64,000 bases of DNA. Origin: Candidatus Berkelbacteria bacterium (GTDB lineage: Bacteria > Patescibacteriota > UBA1384 > 2-12-FULL-50-11). Each line of letters begins with the position of its first letter. Positions within the stretch are counted from its first letter, which is position 1. Where the stretch lies: the NCBI GenBank assembly GCA_016432625.1, contig CP066697.1, positions 81,415 through 145,414 on the forward strand, in the 5' to 3' direction. The notes beneath the pieces are model-generated. The model did no database searches, was not told the DNA's origin, and saw only the letters and a program-made list of their open reading frames with translations. Below are positions 35,584 to 44,621 of the stretch, piece after piece. A program made the position numbers and the translations under genes.

Positions 35584-36270
35584 TTAAATTACTTCCAATT
35601 TATCAACTAAGTTGCAGCAACTGCAGCCCCGCCCGGCGTGAACTTGGAAACCAAGCTTCACCATTACGGGCTTGTCTTTTGTTGAGGCTAAAAGTTTCAC
35701 CTGGCTTGCAGCGTCGGTTAGGTCTCCAGTGTCACTAACGATTTTACTATTCTCATAGCAACCACAGCCTAGTTGGTAGGTGCCTGCTGCGGCACTATTG
35801 ACAGTGTTCCCATCGCTAATTTGCTTATCAAGCGCGGCCTTGAACTTTTCGTCCTGAAATTTAGTAACTGTTAGATAGGCACGATTTTTCGTTAGTGGCT
35901 CGTCGCCCTCGAGGGCCATATTCTCTTCTTTTTGCGTTAAGTAGCCGCAGACTAGGGTATCAAACTCTTCGCCGCCCCCAAGGTCGTATGTGGTCGCGGT
36001 TTTGAGAGTGACGGTCGTTTTTGTAAAGTCGCAATCGTCAGTGGTGGTCTCGGTCGTGGCGGTTTCGGTTGCGTCATTTGTCGCAGCGGCATCTTTGACC
36101 GTCTTTGCAGAGTAATCTGTTGAGTCCGGCGTGGTATTGGTTTGGTAAACAAAATAGCCCAGCGCAGCGATCAAGACGACGGCAAAAATAAGTAGTAGCA
36201 CTTTCAGCGACGTTGTCGCGTGTTCGTGTCCTTCGAACGGCTCGTGCAGATCCATATCCCCCTCTTTCAT
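35584..36270 (-). CDS. N-terminally anchored Thr-rich surface protein, paralog B (Cys-rich C-terminal domain)
   Basis: the same conserved N-terminal anchor (HEHATTSLKVLLLIFAVVLIAALGYF) with a divergent ectodomain. Confidence 0.5.
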   Translation of the reverse strand: MKEGDMDLHEPFEGHEHATTSLKVLLLIFAVVLIAALGYFVYQTNTTPDSTDYSAKTVKDAAATNDATETATTETTTDDCDFTKTTVTLKTATTYDLGGGEEFDTLVCGYLTQKEENMALEGDEPLTKNRAYLTVTKFQDEKFKAALDKQISDGNTVNSAAAGTYQLGCGCYENSKIVSDTGDLTDAASQVKLLASTKDKPVMVKLGFQVHAGRGCSCCNLVDKLEVI

Positions 36271-36275
36271 TTTAA

Positions 36276-36413
36276 TTATTGCCCCTCTTCGGCGTGGTAC
36301 TCAATCCCATAAATAATGGCATCGCTCTTAGCTACCATCATGCTTAAGGTGCCAATCAGTAGCAAAGCGAATATAAGCAACGATACTTTTAGGGTGGTTG
36401 AGGCCTCCTCCAT
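36276..36413 (-). pseudogene. 45-codon ORF homologous to the N-terminal anchor of the two adjacent paralogs (remnant third copy or small anchor protein)
   Basis: MEEASTTLKVSLLIFALLLIGTLSMMVAKSDAIIYGIEYHAEEGQ*, to be compared with ATTSLKVLLLIFAVVLIAAL. Confidence 0.35.
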
Positions 36414-36493
36414 CTCTTCACCAGCTTACGCGGAGCGTGGCCAACCTGTCAATCTGGTCGCGTTGACGCTCAAACCCGGCAGAAATATGCGCA

Positions 36494-36561
36494 CCGGGAT
36501 ATTCCATCCCTAGCGAAAGCGCCTCAGCGGCGCTATACCCGCCGGGATATTCCATCCCTAG
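36494..36561. promoter_or_regulatory. two direct repeats (CCGGGATATTCCATCCCTAG, 48 bp apart), each holding the inverted repeat GGGAT-N5-ATCCC; candidate regulator sites upstream of the rny promoter
   Basis: 36494..36513 and 36542..36561 are identical over 20 nt. Confidence 0.4.
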
Positions 36562-36576
36562 GGAAAGTCGGCGCGC

Positions 36577-36605
36577 TTTACGATATGCACCGCGCCGACT
36601 ATACT
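36577..36605 (+). promoter_or_regulatory. sigma-70-type promoter for rny (TTTACG-N17-TATACT)
   Basis: hexamers at 36577 and 36600 with a 17-nt spacer; about 55 nt to the ATG, with a GAAAGGAA Shine-Dalgarno. Confidence 0.45.
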
Positions 36606-36662
36606 GTCCTAAGCTAATAAAATAATAATTTAACCTACCAATGATTCAGAAAGGAATTCATT

Positions 36663-38150
36663 ATGACACCGTTAACAATCGCCATCCTGGCAGGGCTGGG
36701 GGGTCTTGCGGTTGGCTATGTTGTGCGTCAAGTGCTTTTGACAAGGAGCCAGGAGGAAGTCGAAGCTAAGCGCAAAGAAATTCTCCTTGCTGCGAAAGAA
36801 GAGGCTCTTAAACTAAAAGAAGAAGGCAAAAAAGAGCTCGAAGATAAATCTAAAGACATCACCAAGGCCGAGGCCCAACTGCGGGAGCGGGAATCTTCTA
36901 TCGAGCGTCGGATGGAAAAGATCGAGGCCGAGAAGGCCGATCTGGAAGTTCAAGCCCAAGATCTCGAAGCTAGTCGTCAGGAAGTTAGTCGGTTGCGGGA
37001 GCAGGAAGAGACTGAACTAGAAAAACTTGCCAAATTAAACAAAGAGGACGCCCGCGAACTGTTGCTCGGCAAAATTGAAAAAGATTACTCCGACGACATG
37101 ATCCGTAAGATTCGTTCGATGCGCGAGACCATGAAGAAACACTGGGAGCAAGAAGCGCGCGAAATCATCACTACCGTTATCGAACGCATGGCGACAGAAC
37201 AGACTGCTGAAATGACAGTCACTTCCGTTTCTCTGCCAAACGATGAGATAAAAGGCAAAATTATCGGTAAAGAAGGTCGCAATATTCAGGCATTCGAGAA
37301 AGCAACGGGCGTTGATTTGGTAATCGATGAAACGCCAGAGACGGTCCTTATTTCAAGCTTCGATCCGATCCGCCGCGCAGTGGCCGTTAAAGCCCTGCAA
37401 GCATTAATAAAAGACGGCCGGATTCAGCCAACTAAAATTGAGGAACTTGTTAAAAAAGCTCAAGACCAAGTTGAAGACGAAATCCGCGAAGCTGGAGAGG
37501 CCGCCGTACAGGAGGTTGGTATTACCGGTCTGCACCAGGAGTTGATCAGACTGCTTGGCTCAATGAAGTTTCGTACTAGTTACGGTCAGAACCAGTTAGC
37601 CCACGCGATTGAAGTTGCTCATATTGCCGCGCTTCTTGCCAAAGAAGTTGGCGCCGATGTGAATATCACCAAAAAGGGTGCGTTACTGCACGATATCGGT
37701 AAAGCAATTTCCCACGAGTACGAAGGCTCGCACATTGAGGCCGGCGTTGAACTGGCCCGCAAGTACGGCTTAAGCGAAGAGGTTGTCCATTGTATTGAGG
37801 CTAGCCACGAAGAAGTTGACGCCAAATCATTGGAAGCGATCTTGTCGCGCACAGCTGATGCAATTTCATCGGCTCGCCCTGGAGCTCGTCGCGAATCCAC
37901 GGAGCAACATATAAAACGAATGACTGAGCTAGAGAATATTGCTAACTCATTCACTGGAGTTGAGAAATCATTCGCTATTCAAGCTGGCCGCGAGATCCGC
38001 GTTTTGGTGCGCCCAGAGCAGATTGATGATCTGACAGCCATGAAGCTAGCGCGTGATATAGCCAATAAAATTGAAGCCGACTTACAATACCCGGGCACGG
38101 TTAAAGTCAACGTAATTCGCGAGACGCGGTTTGCCGAACTAGCCCGCTAG
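36663..38150 (+). CDS. rny: ribonuclease Y
   Basis: N-terminal TM plus coiled-coil, KH domain (IIGKEGRNIQAFEKATGVDL), HD domain (LLHDIGKA). Confidence 0.85.
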   Translation: MTPLTIAILAGLGGLAVGYVVRQVLLTRSQEEVEAKRKEILLAAKEEALKLKEEGKKELEDKSKDITKAEAQLRERESSIERRMEKIEAEKADLEVQAQDLEASRQEVSRLREQEETELEKLAKLNKEDARELLLGKIEKDYSDDMIRKIRSMRETMKKHWEQEAREIITTVIERMATEQTAEMTVTSVSLPNDEIKGKIIGKEGRNIQAFEKATGVDLVIDETPETVLISSFDPIRRAVAVKALQALIKDGRIQPTKIEELVKKAQDQVEDEIREAGEAAVQEVGITGLHQELIRLLGSMKFRTSYGQNQLAHAIEVAHIAALLAKEVGADVNITKKGALLHDIGKAISHEYEGSHIEAGVELARKYGLSEEVVHCIEASHEEVDAKSLEAILSRTADAISSARPGARRESTEQHIKRMTELENIANSFTGVEKSFAIQAGREIRVLVRPEQIDDLTAMKLARDIANKIEADLQYPGTVKVNVIRETRFAELAR

Positions 38151-38165
38151 AGGTACGCTAGAGCC

Positions 38166-38381
38166 ATGGATAAAGCCGAACTAGCGAAAAAACTCGCTTC
38201 CAAGTCGCGCCTCAACGAGAAAGAAGCCACCGAATTTATCGAGTCGTTTACAGAAGTCATGGCCGAATACTTCAAAAAGGGTGAAAAAGTAGTGATTGCC
38301 GAGTTTGGCAGTTTCACGATTGGTGACAATAAAACAGTTCAGTTCAACCCATCAGCCAAGCTCAAGGATTTAGTCGGTTAG
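38166..38381 (+). CDS. HU/IHF-family DNA-binding protein, short form lacking the beta-arm
   Basis: MDKAELAKKLA...GEKVVIAEFGSF...FNPSAKLKD aligns to HU, but the protein is 71 aa with no RNPxTG arm segment. Confidence 0.65.
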   Translation: MDKAELAKKLASKSRLNEKEATEFIESFTEVMAEYFKKGEKVVIAEFGSFTIGDNKTVQFNPSAKLKDLVG

Positions 38382-38386
38382 AATTG

Positions 38387-38459
38387 TGCCCTCGGTAGGA
38401 GTTGCACCTACGACCAACTCCTTAGGACGGAGCTGCTCTGTCTACTGAGCTACGAGGGC
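38387..38459 (-). tRNA. tRNA-Arg (anticodon CCU) with non-canonical D- and T-loops
   Basis: GCCCTCG-TA-GCTC-AGTAGACA-GAGC-A-GCTCC-GUCCUAA-GGAGT-TGGTC-GTAGG-TGCAACT-CCTAC-CGAGGGC-A; perfect acceptor and T-stems, but the D-loop lacks G19 and the T-loop reads UGCAACU instead of UUCRANY. Confidence 0.55.
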
Positions 38460-38467
38460 AAAAAGGC

Positions 38468-38494
38468 GGGGCGACCGAAGCCGCCCCTTTATTG
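38468..38494. terminator. GC hairpin plus T-run terminator (bidirectional)
   Basis: GGGGCG-ACCGAAGC-CGCCCC-TTTATT with an A-run on the other side. Confidence 0.5.
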
Positions 38495-38511
38495 TAGTCC
38501 CTTGCGGGACA

Positions 38512-38910
38512 CTAGTCTCGACGAGAGGGGTCCATCTCTTCCTGTTTGCTGGTCCCGACGTATAACATCAGCCAAACGAACACTTCCCAGGCAGCCAACA
38601 GGCTGATCTTAAGCTCCACCCAAAAGCCAAAACGTGGCTGGTCCGACCTGCTTGCTTCCTGAGGAATGTTTGGCAGCTGCCAAAGTACCTCCCAAGCTGC
38701 GAGTAAGCCAATCCAGAAGTTCTCACGACGCGACAATTTCCTTTGTTCCGTCACTTCGAGAGTTAGTCTTGGTTGAGTGAGAAGCTCAGACTTTGGGGTG
38801 CCGAGCGGCAATGATGCCAAGTCGAGAGTATGTGACCCTTCTTCAATGATTGTTGGGTACGTATCTGCTAGTGTGGGCTCGCCCACCTTGCCCTCCGTCC
38901 TCATCCTTGT
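38512..38910 (-). CDS. hypothetical protein with an internal Trp-rich repeat (..LLAAWEV.W.. occurs twice)
   Basis: ORF truncated to the ATG at 38910 because the longer ORF runs antisense over tRNA-Pro; coding status uncertain. Confidence 0.25.
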   Translation of the reverse strand, partial: TRMRTEGKVGEPTLADTYPTIIEEGSHTLDLASLPLGTPKSELLTQPRLTLEVTEQRKLSRRENFWIGLLAAWEVLWQLPNIPQEASRSDQPRFGFWVELKISLLAAWEVFVWLMLYVGTSKQEEMDPSRRD

Positions 38911-38968
38911 TGGAGAGTGGATGAATTGTACTGCAACAGGTATAATTGTCAAGCATTTGAGCTGTTTT

Positions 38969-39044
38969 CGGGCTGTGGCGCAGTTGGTAGCGCGCGCGAT
39001 TCGGGTTCGCGAGGTCGTGGGTTCAAATCCCGCCAGCCCGACCA
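38969..39044 (+). tRNA. tRNA-Pro (anticodon CGG), CCA encoded, C1:G72
   Basis: CGGGCTG-TG-GCGC-AGTTGGTA-GCGC-G-CGCGA-UUCGGGU-TCGCG-AGGTC-GTGGG-TTCAAAT-CCCGC-CAGCCCG-A-CCA; TATAAT 22 nt upstream. Confidence 0.85.
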
Positions 39045-39689
39045 ATGAATATTCCGCCAAGCGGCAAACTTTTCGCGATCTACAAACCTAAAGGACCAAG
39101 CTCCCACGACGTTTTGTACCCGCTCAAGCGCAAGTATAAAGGTGAAAAAGTCGGCCATGCCGGCACGCTTGACCCGCTTGCAAGTGGGGTATTAGTTGTT
39201 GCCGTAGGGCGTCAAGCCACTAAAAAGCTCCACTTGGCAGAATTTTCGGAAAAAGAATATGTCACCACCATTAAACTTGGTGCTTACAGTACAACTGACG
39301 ACGACGAGGGGGGAAAAGAAGACATTGCTGTCTCGGAAGCTCCCTCGCTCGATACAGTGAAACGCGCTGTTCGCAGTTTTGTAGGGCAGATCAGCCAAGT
39401 TCCGCCACAATTTAGTGCCGTTAAGAAAGCTGGCCAGCCGGCCTATAAGGGGGCGCGACGTGGCGAGCGGGTCGAGCTCGCGCCACGGCCAGTGGAAGTT
39501 AAGGGCATAGATATCATTGAATATAATTGGCCGCTGTTGAAGCTGCGCGTCGTGACTGGTCGCGGCGTTTATATCCGCTCTCTCGCTCGCGATATTGGCA
39601 AGGCGCTAAAAACGGGTGGTTTTGTACTCGAGCTTGAGCGGACACGTGTTGGGAATTTCCGTCGAGAAGATGCAATAGAGAGTCTCTAA
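39045..39689 (+). CDS. truB: tRNA pseudouridine(55) synthase TruB (no PUA domain)
   Basis: GxKxxGxxSHDV and HAGTLDPLASGVLVVAVG catalytic Asp motif; the ATG immediately follows the tRNA-Pro CCA. Confidence 0.8.
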   Translation: MNIPPSGKLFAIYKPKGPSSHDVLYPLKRKYKGEKVGHAGTLDPLASGVLVVAVGRQATKKLHLAEFSEKEYVTTIKLGAYSTTDDDEGGKEDIAVSEAPSLDTVKRAVRSFVGQISQVPPQFSAVKKAGQPAYKGARRGERVELAPRPVEVKGIDIIEYNWPLLKLRVVTGRGVYIRSLARDIGKALKTGGFVLELERTRVGNFRREDAIESL

Positions 39690-39742
39690 CTAGCCACTTG
39701 GCCGGTTTTTCTCTACACTAGGCCTATGGATAGGATGACCAG

Positions 39743-40783
39743 ATGAACAGAATAGATATCTCAACTTCGACCATGCTGCGCTTCCTTCTGATCCTACTTG
39801 GACTTTGGTTGCTTTACGTGACGCGCGATATTCTGGTTCTGCTTTTCATGGTTTTGATTATAGTTGCCGCACTCTCGCCGACAGTAGACCGTTGGGCGCG
39901 CTATCTGACGAGACCGGGTGCTGTAGTAGCAATTTTCCTACTAATCTTTGTTTTCCTAGCCTTAATTTTCTCACTACTAATTCCGCCATTTGTTGAACAG
40001 CTGCGAGAATTCAGCCTGAACTTACCGCTCTATGCCGACCAGTTGAGTCGGACTGACAATCCAGGGTTTATCGAAGCGTTGATTAATATAATCAAAGACA
40101 ACTTAAACGCTATTTCTTCACAACTAAGTAACTTTGGTACCAATGTTCTGTCGCGCACCGTTGGCGTCATTAGCGGGGTTGTAGCGGTAGTCACTGTAAT
40201 CGTGCTCAGCTTCTATCTGTTGCTCGAAGAAGAGGGCTTGCGAAAGATTTATCGAGGCCTCTTGCCTGATGAGTGGCACGTACCGTTCACAGAGATAACT
40301 CGCAAGATCGCGATTAAATTAGGAGCCTGGCTGCGCGGGCAAGTGACGTTAATGGCGGTTGTGGGGTTACTGACCAGCGTCGGATTATTACTAATTGGCC
40401 AGCCGTATGCCTTAACGCTTGGTGTTTGGTCCGGGCTGACCGAAGTCGTGCCAATTGTTGGTCCATGGATCGGTGCAGTTCCAGGTGTCGTTATCGGTTT
40501 AACCGATTCACCGTTGCAGGGTTTTCTAGCACTGGTCGTTTACGTTGTCGTTCAGCAGCTTGAAAACACGATTTTGGTGCCGAAGATCATGGGTAAAGCC
40601 GTTGGCCTCAATCCGTTTGTTGTTATCGTTGCCATCCTTGTTGGCGGCAAGCTCTACGGCTTAACGGGTGTCTTATTGTCGGTGCCGCTAGCCGCCGCCA
40701 TTAGCGTCATAGTTGAAGACTGGGCTGTTATTCATCAAACAGTGCGTCCCCGCGGCAAACAGAAATCTCTAGAGCAGGTCTGA
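39743..40783 (+). CDS. AI-2E-family (UPF0118, PerM-like) transporter
   Basis: 346 aa, eight TM segments, characteristic N-terminal region and G-rich C-terminal helices. Confidence 0.7.
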   Translation: MNRIDISTSTMLRFLLILLGLWLLYVTRDILVLLFMVLIIVAALSPTVDRWARYLTRPGAVVAIFLLIFVFLALIFSLLIPPFVEQLREFSLNLPLYADQLSRTDNPGFIEALINIIKDNLNAISSQLSNFGTNVLSRTVGVISGVVAVVTVIVLSFYLLLEEEGLRKIYRGLLPDEWHVPFTEITRKIAIKLGAWLRGQVTLMAVVGLLTSVGLLLIGQPYALTLGVWSGLTEVVPIVGPWIGAVPGVVIGLTDSPLQGFLALVVYVVVQQLENTILVPKIMGKAVGLNPFVVIVAILVGGKLYGLTGVLLSVPLAAAISVIVEDWAVIHQTVRPRGKQKSLEQV

Positions 40784-40788
40784 AGTCG

Positions 40789-41952
40789 ATGAAAATTCTA
40801 GTCGGGTCACTTACCTACCCGTTACCAAACGGAGTGACTAACTCCATTAACGTTTCTTTGGACGGGTTTAAAGAAGCTGGCCATGAGCTAATAGTCGTTG
40901 CGCCGGACTACGGGACTGGCAAGTTTAGGCCTGAGCACTATCCAGTGGCGTCCTCAAGGATACTGGAAATTGTTAGCGGTTCGTATGGAAACGGCGAACG
41001 ATTCTTTTCGCTTAAGGCGGCTGGACAGATTCAGCGCATAATCGCCGAGCTGAATCCTGACGCCTATTGGCTACACACAGTTACTTGGGCGCCCAATATT
41101 TTTGAGGTAATAATGGCTCAGCAGCGAAAGCCGCGTGTTGTAACTTATCACACAAATATCGATTACTACGGACGAGTCTACGCTGGCGCTGTTGGGGAAA
41201 AGCATATGGCTGAACGCAGTCGTGAAGTCTGTCAGGCCGTTGAACAAATTATTGTCCCAAGCCACCAAATTGAGGAGAAGCTACGCGCGCTTGATGTTAG
41301 TAAGCCAATCGCGGTTATCCCTACGGGTATTCCACCAGCTCACGGGGCCTTAACGCCGAAAGAGCTCCGTCAGCGTTATTCAATTCCTCAGGAAAACAAG
41401 GTCTTACTTTTCACAGGTCGTTTGGTTCGTGAAAAAAATATTTCCGGCTTAATACAAATGATGGCTGATTTGTGTAAGCTTCGCTCTGACGTATCGCTAC
41501 TATTGATAGGACCGGGCGTCCACAAAGATTTTGAAACGGAGGCCGAAAGCTTAGGGGTCAAAAAAAATATTGTCATGGCTGGCCAAGCCTCTGCCCAGGA
41601 AGTTCGGCGTCACTACCCAGCCGCAGACGCGTTCGTCTCTGCCTCGCAGCACGAAACCCAGGGCCTAGTCATCGGCGAGGCGATGTACGCGGGATTGCCG
41701 GTAATTGCGCTTGATTCGCCGATACGGGAAGAGTTTTATCCTCAAAGCGTGGCGGTTGTCGTATCAGAACAAGCGTCATTTGCTGCTTCGGTGAACAAAG
41801 TTTTAAACGATGAAAAGTTAGCGCTTAAACTCACTGAGGCGGGTAAGAAGTTCTTTGCCAAAAACTTCGCGGTTCAACTAATGATTGATAGACAGATTAA
41901 GTTGTTCAATAGTGTTGTCGGCCCAGCTACACCCAAGCCGCCAACATCTTAG
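40789..41952 (+). CDS. GT4-family glycosyltransferase
   Basis: C-terminal E-x7-E motif region HETQGLVIGEAMYAGLPVIALDSPIREEF. Confidence 0.75.
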   Translation: MKILVGSLTYPLPNGVTNSINVSLDGFKEAGHELIVVAPDYGTGKFRPEHYPVASSRILEIVSGSYGNGERFFSLKAAGQIQRIIAELNPDAYWLHTVTWAPNIFEVIMAQQRKPRVVTYHTNIDYYGRVYAGAVGEKHMAERSREVCQAVEQIIVPSHQIEEKLRALDVSKPIAVIPTGIPPAHGALTPKELRQRYSIPQENKVLLFTGRLVREKNISGLIQMMADLCKLRSDVSLLLIGPGVHKDFETEAESLGVKKNIVMAGQASAQEVRRHYPAADAFVSASQHETQGLVIGEAMYAGLPVIALDSPIREEFYPQSVAVVVSEQASFAASVNKVLNDEKLALKLTEAGKKFFAKNFAVQLMIDRQIKLFNSVVGPATPKPPTS

Positions 41953-41962
41953 ACGTAAAGTG

Positions 41963-42036
<74 letters not shown>

Positions 42037-42041
42037 AAATG

Positions 42042-42122
42042 TAGGCGGGGTGGGACTCGAACCCACAAGCCTTGCGGCAGCGGATTTTAAGTCCGCCGCG
42101 TATACCGTTCCGCCACCCGCCC
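42042..42122 (-). tRNA. tRNA-Leu (anticodon UAA), long variable arm
   Basis: GGGCGGG...GCGGA-CUUAAAA-TCCGC-TGCCGCAAGGCTTGT-GGG-TTCGAGT-CCC...CCCGCCT-A; 81 nt. Confidence 0.8.
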
Positions 42123-42129
42123 ATATGAG

Positions 42130-43065
42130 CTAGTTAATTTTACCGGAAAGGAGTTCTTTTGTCGCGAGGAAACCACTCGCTTTTTGCGTGCCCCGTCCAC
42201 CGAAATATTTAACTAATCGTCGCAAATCAATGTTTGGTTTTCGAGTTCTCAGACTAACTTTCCAGCCCTTATCTACCTCAACTAGCACCATCGCCACCTT
42301 GGCGCCTTGTAACATGACTAGGTTATTAGCTAAACCGGCCGCGTCCTCAACGCTGGAGCCTACTTTTTCAAGCGTCGATCGATCCACTTTAGCGACGGCT
42401 ATGCCCAGTTTGTTGATAAGCGTATTGGAAAGCACCTCGCCCCATAAGCGTGTTTTAAACAGCGTCCGTCTAGATTCAAAAGCCTGGTGGAGCAGCTCCA
42501 AGTTGGCGCCATGGCTGATTAATCGACTGGCCATGCGCAAGGTCTCGCTCGAAGTATTTGGGTGTCGAAAGCCGCCGGTGTCGGTATATATTCCGAGCAA
42601 TAGACAGTCCGCTACTTTGCCATTAATTGGCACACGCAACTCGTGCAAGCAACGCCCAATAAGTTCCGCCGTCGAACTGACACCGGGGTCATGTACTGAA
42701 GCGTCAACGTGCTTACCTATGCTACAGCCGGAGTGATGGTCAAACGCAATGATACGACGTTTCTCTAACTTTGCTTTATTCAGGGCGTCTTCGAAACCGG
42801 TCCGATGCCATTGAGCGCAATCTAATAGGACGACTAGCCCCTTATTCTGTGAGAATTCACGTCCAATGGGCACTTTGCCTAAAAGTGGCAAGAAAACTTC
42901 TGGTACGGTAGTTGCGCAAACAATCTCAACTTTCTTCCTGTGTCTAAAAGCGTGGAAGAGCGCGGCTGCGCTACCCAGCGCGTCACCGTCAGGACGTTCA
43001 TGGACAACAATACTTAGAGACGTAGAGCGATATACTTCCTGGCAGACGTCTTTCCAGCCAGTCAT
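42130..43065 (-). CDS. nrnA: DHH-family phosphoesterase (NrnA-like oligoribonuclease/pAp phosphatase)
   Basis: HERPDGDALGS, FDHHS DHH motifs and a DHHA1-like C-terminus. Confidence 0.75.
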   Translation of the reverse strand: MTGWKDVCQEVYRSTSLSIVVHERPDGDALGSAAALFHAFRHRKKVEIVCATTVPEVFLPLLGKVPIGREFSQNKGLVVLLDCAQWHRTGFEDALNKAKLEKRRIIAFDHHSGCSIGKHVDASVHDPGVSSTAELIGRCLHELRVPINGKVADCLLLGIYTDTGGFRHPNTSSETLRMASRLISHGANLELLHQAFESRRTLFKTRLWGEVLSNTLINKLGIAVAKVDRSTLEKVGSSVEDAAGLANNLVMLQGAKVAMVLVEVDKGWKVSLRTRKPNIDLRRLVKYFGGRGTQKASGFLATKELLSGKIN

Positions 43066-43529
43066 TCGGTCAGCCGATAAAGTTCGCGTCCCTCCAAAGG
43101 CAACGTAGCCTCGGTTAATTTCAATATATCTCGGTCTTCAATTTTCAGGGCCCCTTGAATTTCTTCTATAGGAGTCTGGAAACAAAATACAACAACATTC
43201 GGATCGTACGTTTCTAATAGCTCGTTGGTTTTCGGTTTGTCTAGTGTAGAAATGGCGGGGTCAATTAGGAGGATGTTACAAGGACTAAACTGACTTTTTT
43301 CAAAAGACGTCGGCTTGTCGGCACTGAAAATGTAGGCAATCTGTAGTTTTTCCCAAACAAGTAGTGCCGCTTGAGTGCCGTAAACAATCTCTACGCCCTC
43401 GACTTCGTACTCGCCTGGTTCGTCGAATGCTTGATCCTCAAGCTTTATCTTGCCGCCGGCAAGAGTAATGGTTCGCGACCGGTCCGTTAGTTCGTATTCG
43501 CCGTTTTTGGCTACGCGAATTTGGACCAT
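43062..43529 (-). CDS. hypothetical protein in the rpsA-nrnA operon
   Basis: 155-aa ORF overlapping both neighbours by about 4 nt; no motif recognised. Confidence 0.4.
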   Translation of the reverse strand: MVQIRVAKNGEYELTDRSRTITLAGGKIKLEDQAFDEPGEYEVEGVEIVYGTQAALLVWEKLQIAYIFSADKPTSFEKSQFSPCNILLIDPAISTLDKPKTNELLETYDPNVVVFCFQTPIEEIQGALKIEDRDILKLTEATLPLEGRELYRLTE

Positions 43530-43531
43530 TG

Positions 43532-44614
43532 CTACTTGTCTTCCGTCTTAGTTTCGGCGAGTTTGAGAGAAATCTTACGCAGCTCTGGCTCGATAGAAAT
43601 AACTTCGAACTCGTACTGCTTACTTTCCTGGACTAACTCTTCCGGCTTGCCGCCTCCCATTTGGGAAACATGAAACAGACCTTCTAAGTTGTCGCTGATT
43701 TTAACGAAGGCGCCGTACGGGGTTACTTGCGTAACCGTGCCAGTAGCTTTGCCGCCCACTTCAAGGTTCTTAACCTCAGTCTGCCACGGGTCTGGCAGGA
43801 GCTTTTTGATAGAGAGCGAGACGCGACCGGCATCAATATTGACGACTTCAGCCTCAATTTCTTGACCAACCTTAAAGTGGTCTTTCAGGTTATTGATTCG
43901 CTGCCAGGAAACCTGGGAGATGTGGACCAAGCCTTCGAGCTCGCCGATATCGACAAAGAGCCCAAAATCAACGATGCCAGTAATGTTGCCTTTGACCTTT
44001 TGCCCAATCTCAAACTTCTGCGCCTTTTCTTCTAGGTCCGAATCAACCACTGCCTTTTCGGAGAAGATTATCTTCTTAGCGTTTTTGTCGTAGCTAATAA
44101 TTTTTACCGGCAAATTTGAGCCGATAAGCTCGCTTAATTTCTTTTTAATTTTTAGTCTGTCGCCGCCAACGCGCGGGTAATTCTTGGCTGAGAGTTGACT
44201 CACGGGAATGAAGCCCTGCATGTTGTTGTACTCGGCAACTAACCCACCTTTATTGGCCTGGACGATGCGAACGTTCAGGATTTCGCCCTCATTGTTACGC
44301 TGCTCGAGCATATTCCAGATGCGCTCGCGCTCGGCCTTCTTCAAACTTAGAATTACGTAACCGTTGTCATTTTCGGTCGAAACGACGTAAGCCTGGATCT
44401 TTTCGCCAGGATCTACTTTAGTACCAGCGGTCGAAAACTCTTTTTCCGGAATGATGCCAGTTGCCAAGCCCGCAACGTCAACCATAATGTTGTCGCGTGA
44501 GCTGGAGAGAACGGTCACCTCGACAACGTCTCCTTGGTTAAAGGGAATGAGCGAGTCGCCCATGAGCTCAACGAGCTCGGCCATTGTCTTCGGTCCTTGA
44601 GTTGTTTTTGCCAT
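43532..44614 (-). CDS. rpsA: 30S ribosomal protein S1 (four S1 domains)
   Basis: repeated S1 motifs (GDVVEVTVL..., GEILNVRIVQANKGGL, GQKVKGNITGIVDFGLFVDI, GGKATGTVTQVTPYGAFVKI); start at the ATG at 44614 (MAKTTQG) to avoid overlapping the upstream gene. Confidence 0.8.
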   Translation of the reverse strand: MAKTTQGPKTMAELVELMGDSLIPFNQGDVVEVTVLSSSRDNIMVDVAGLATGIIPEKEFSTAGTKVDPGEKIQAYVVSTENDNGYVILSLKKAERERIWNMLEQRNNEGEILNVRIVQANKGGLVAEYNNMQGFIPVSQLSAKNYPRVGGDRLKIKKKLSELIGSNLPVKIISYDKNAKKIIFSEKAVVDSDLEEKAQKFEIGQKVKGNITGIVDFGLFVDIGELEGLVHISQVSWQRINNLKDHFKVGQEIEAEVVNIDAGRVSLSIKKLLPDPWQTEVKNLEVGGKATGTVTQVTPYGAFVKISDNLEGLFHVSQMGGGKPEELVQESKQYEFEVISIEPELRKISLKLAETKTEDK

Positions 44615-44621
44615 CAAAATA

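Noticed and set aside
38949-39158. 69-aa minus-strand ORF, and the N-terminal part of the 182-aa ORF at 38512..39060
   Set aside because: They are antisense to tRNA-Pro(CGG). The GFEPTTS-type translation is a classic tRNA-antisense artefact.
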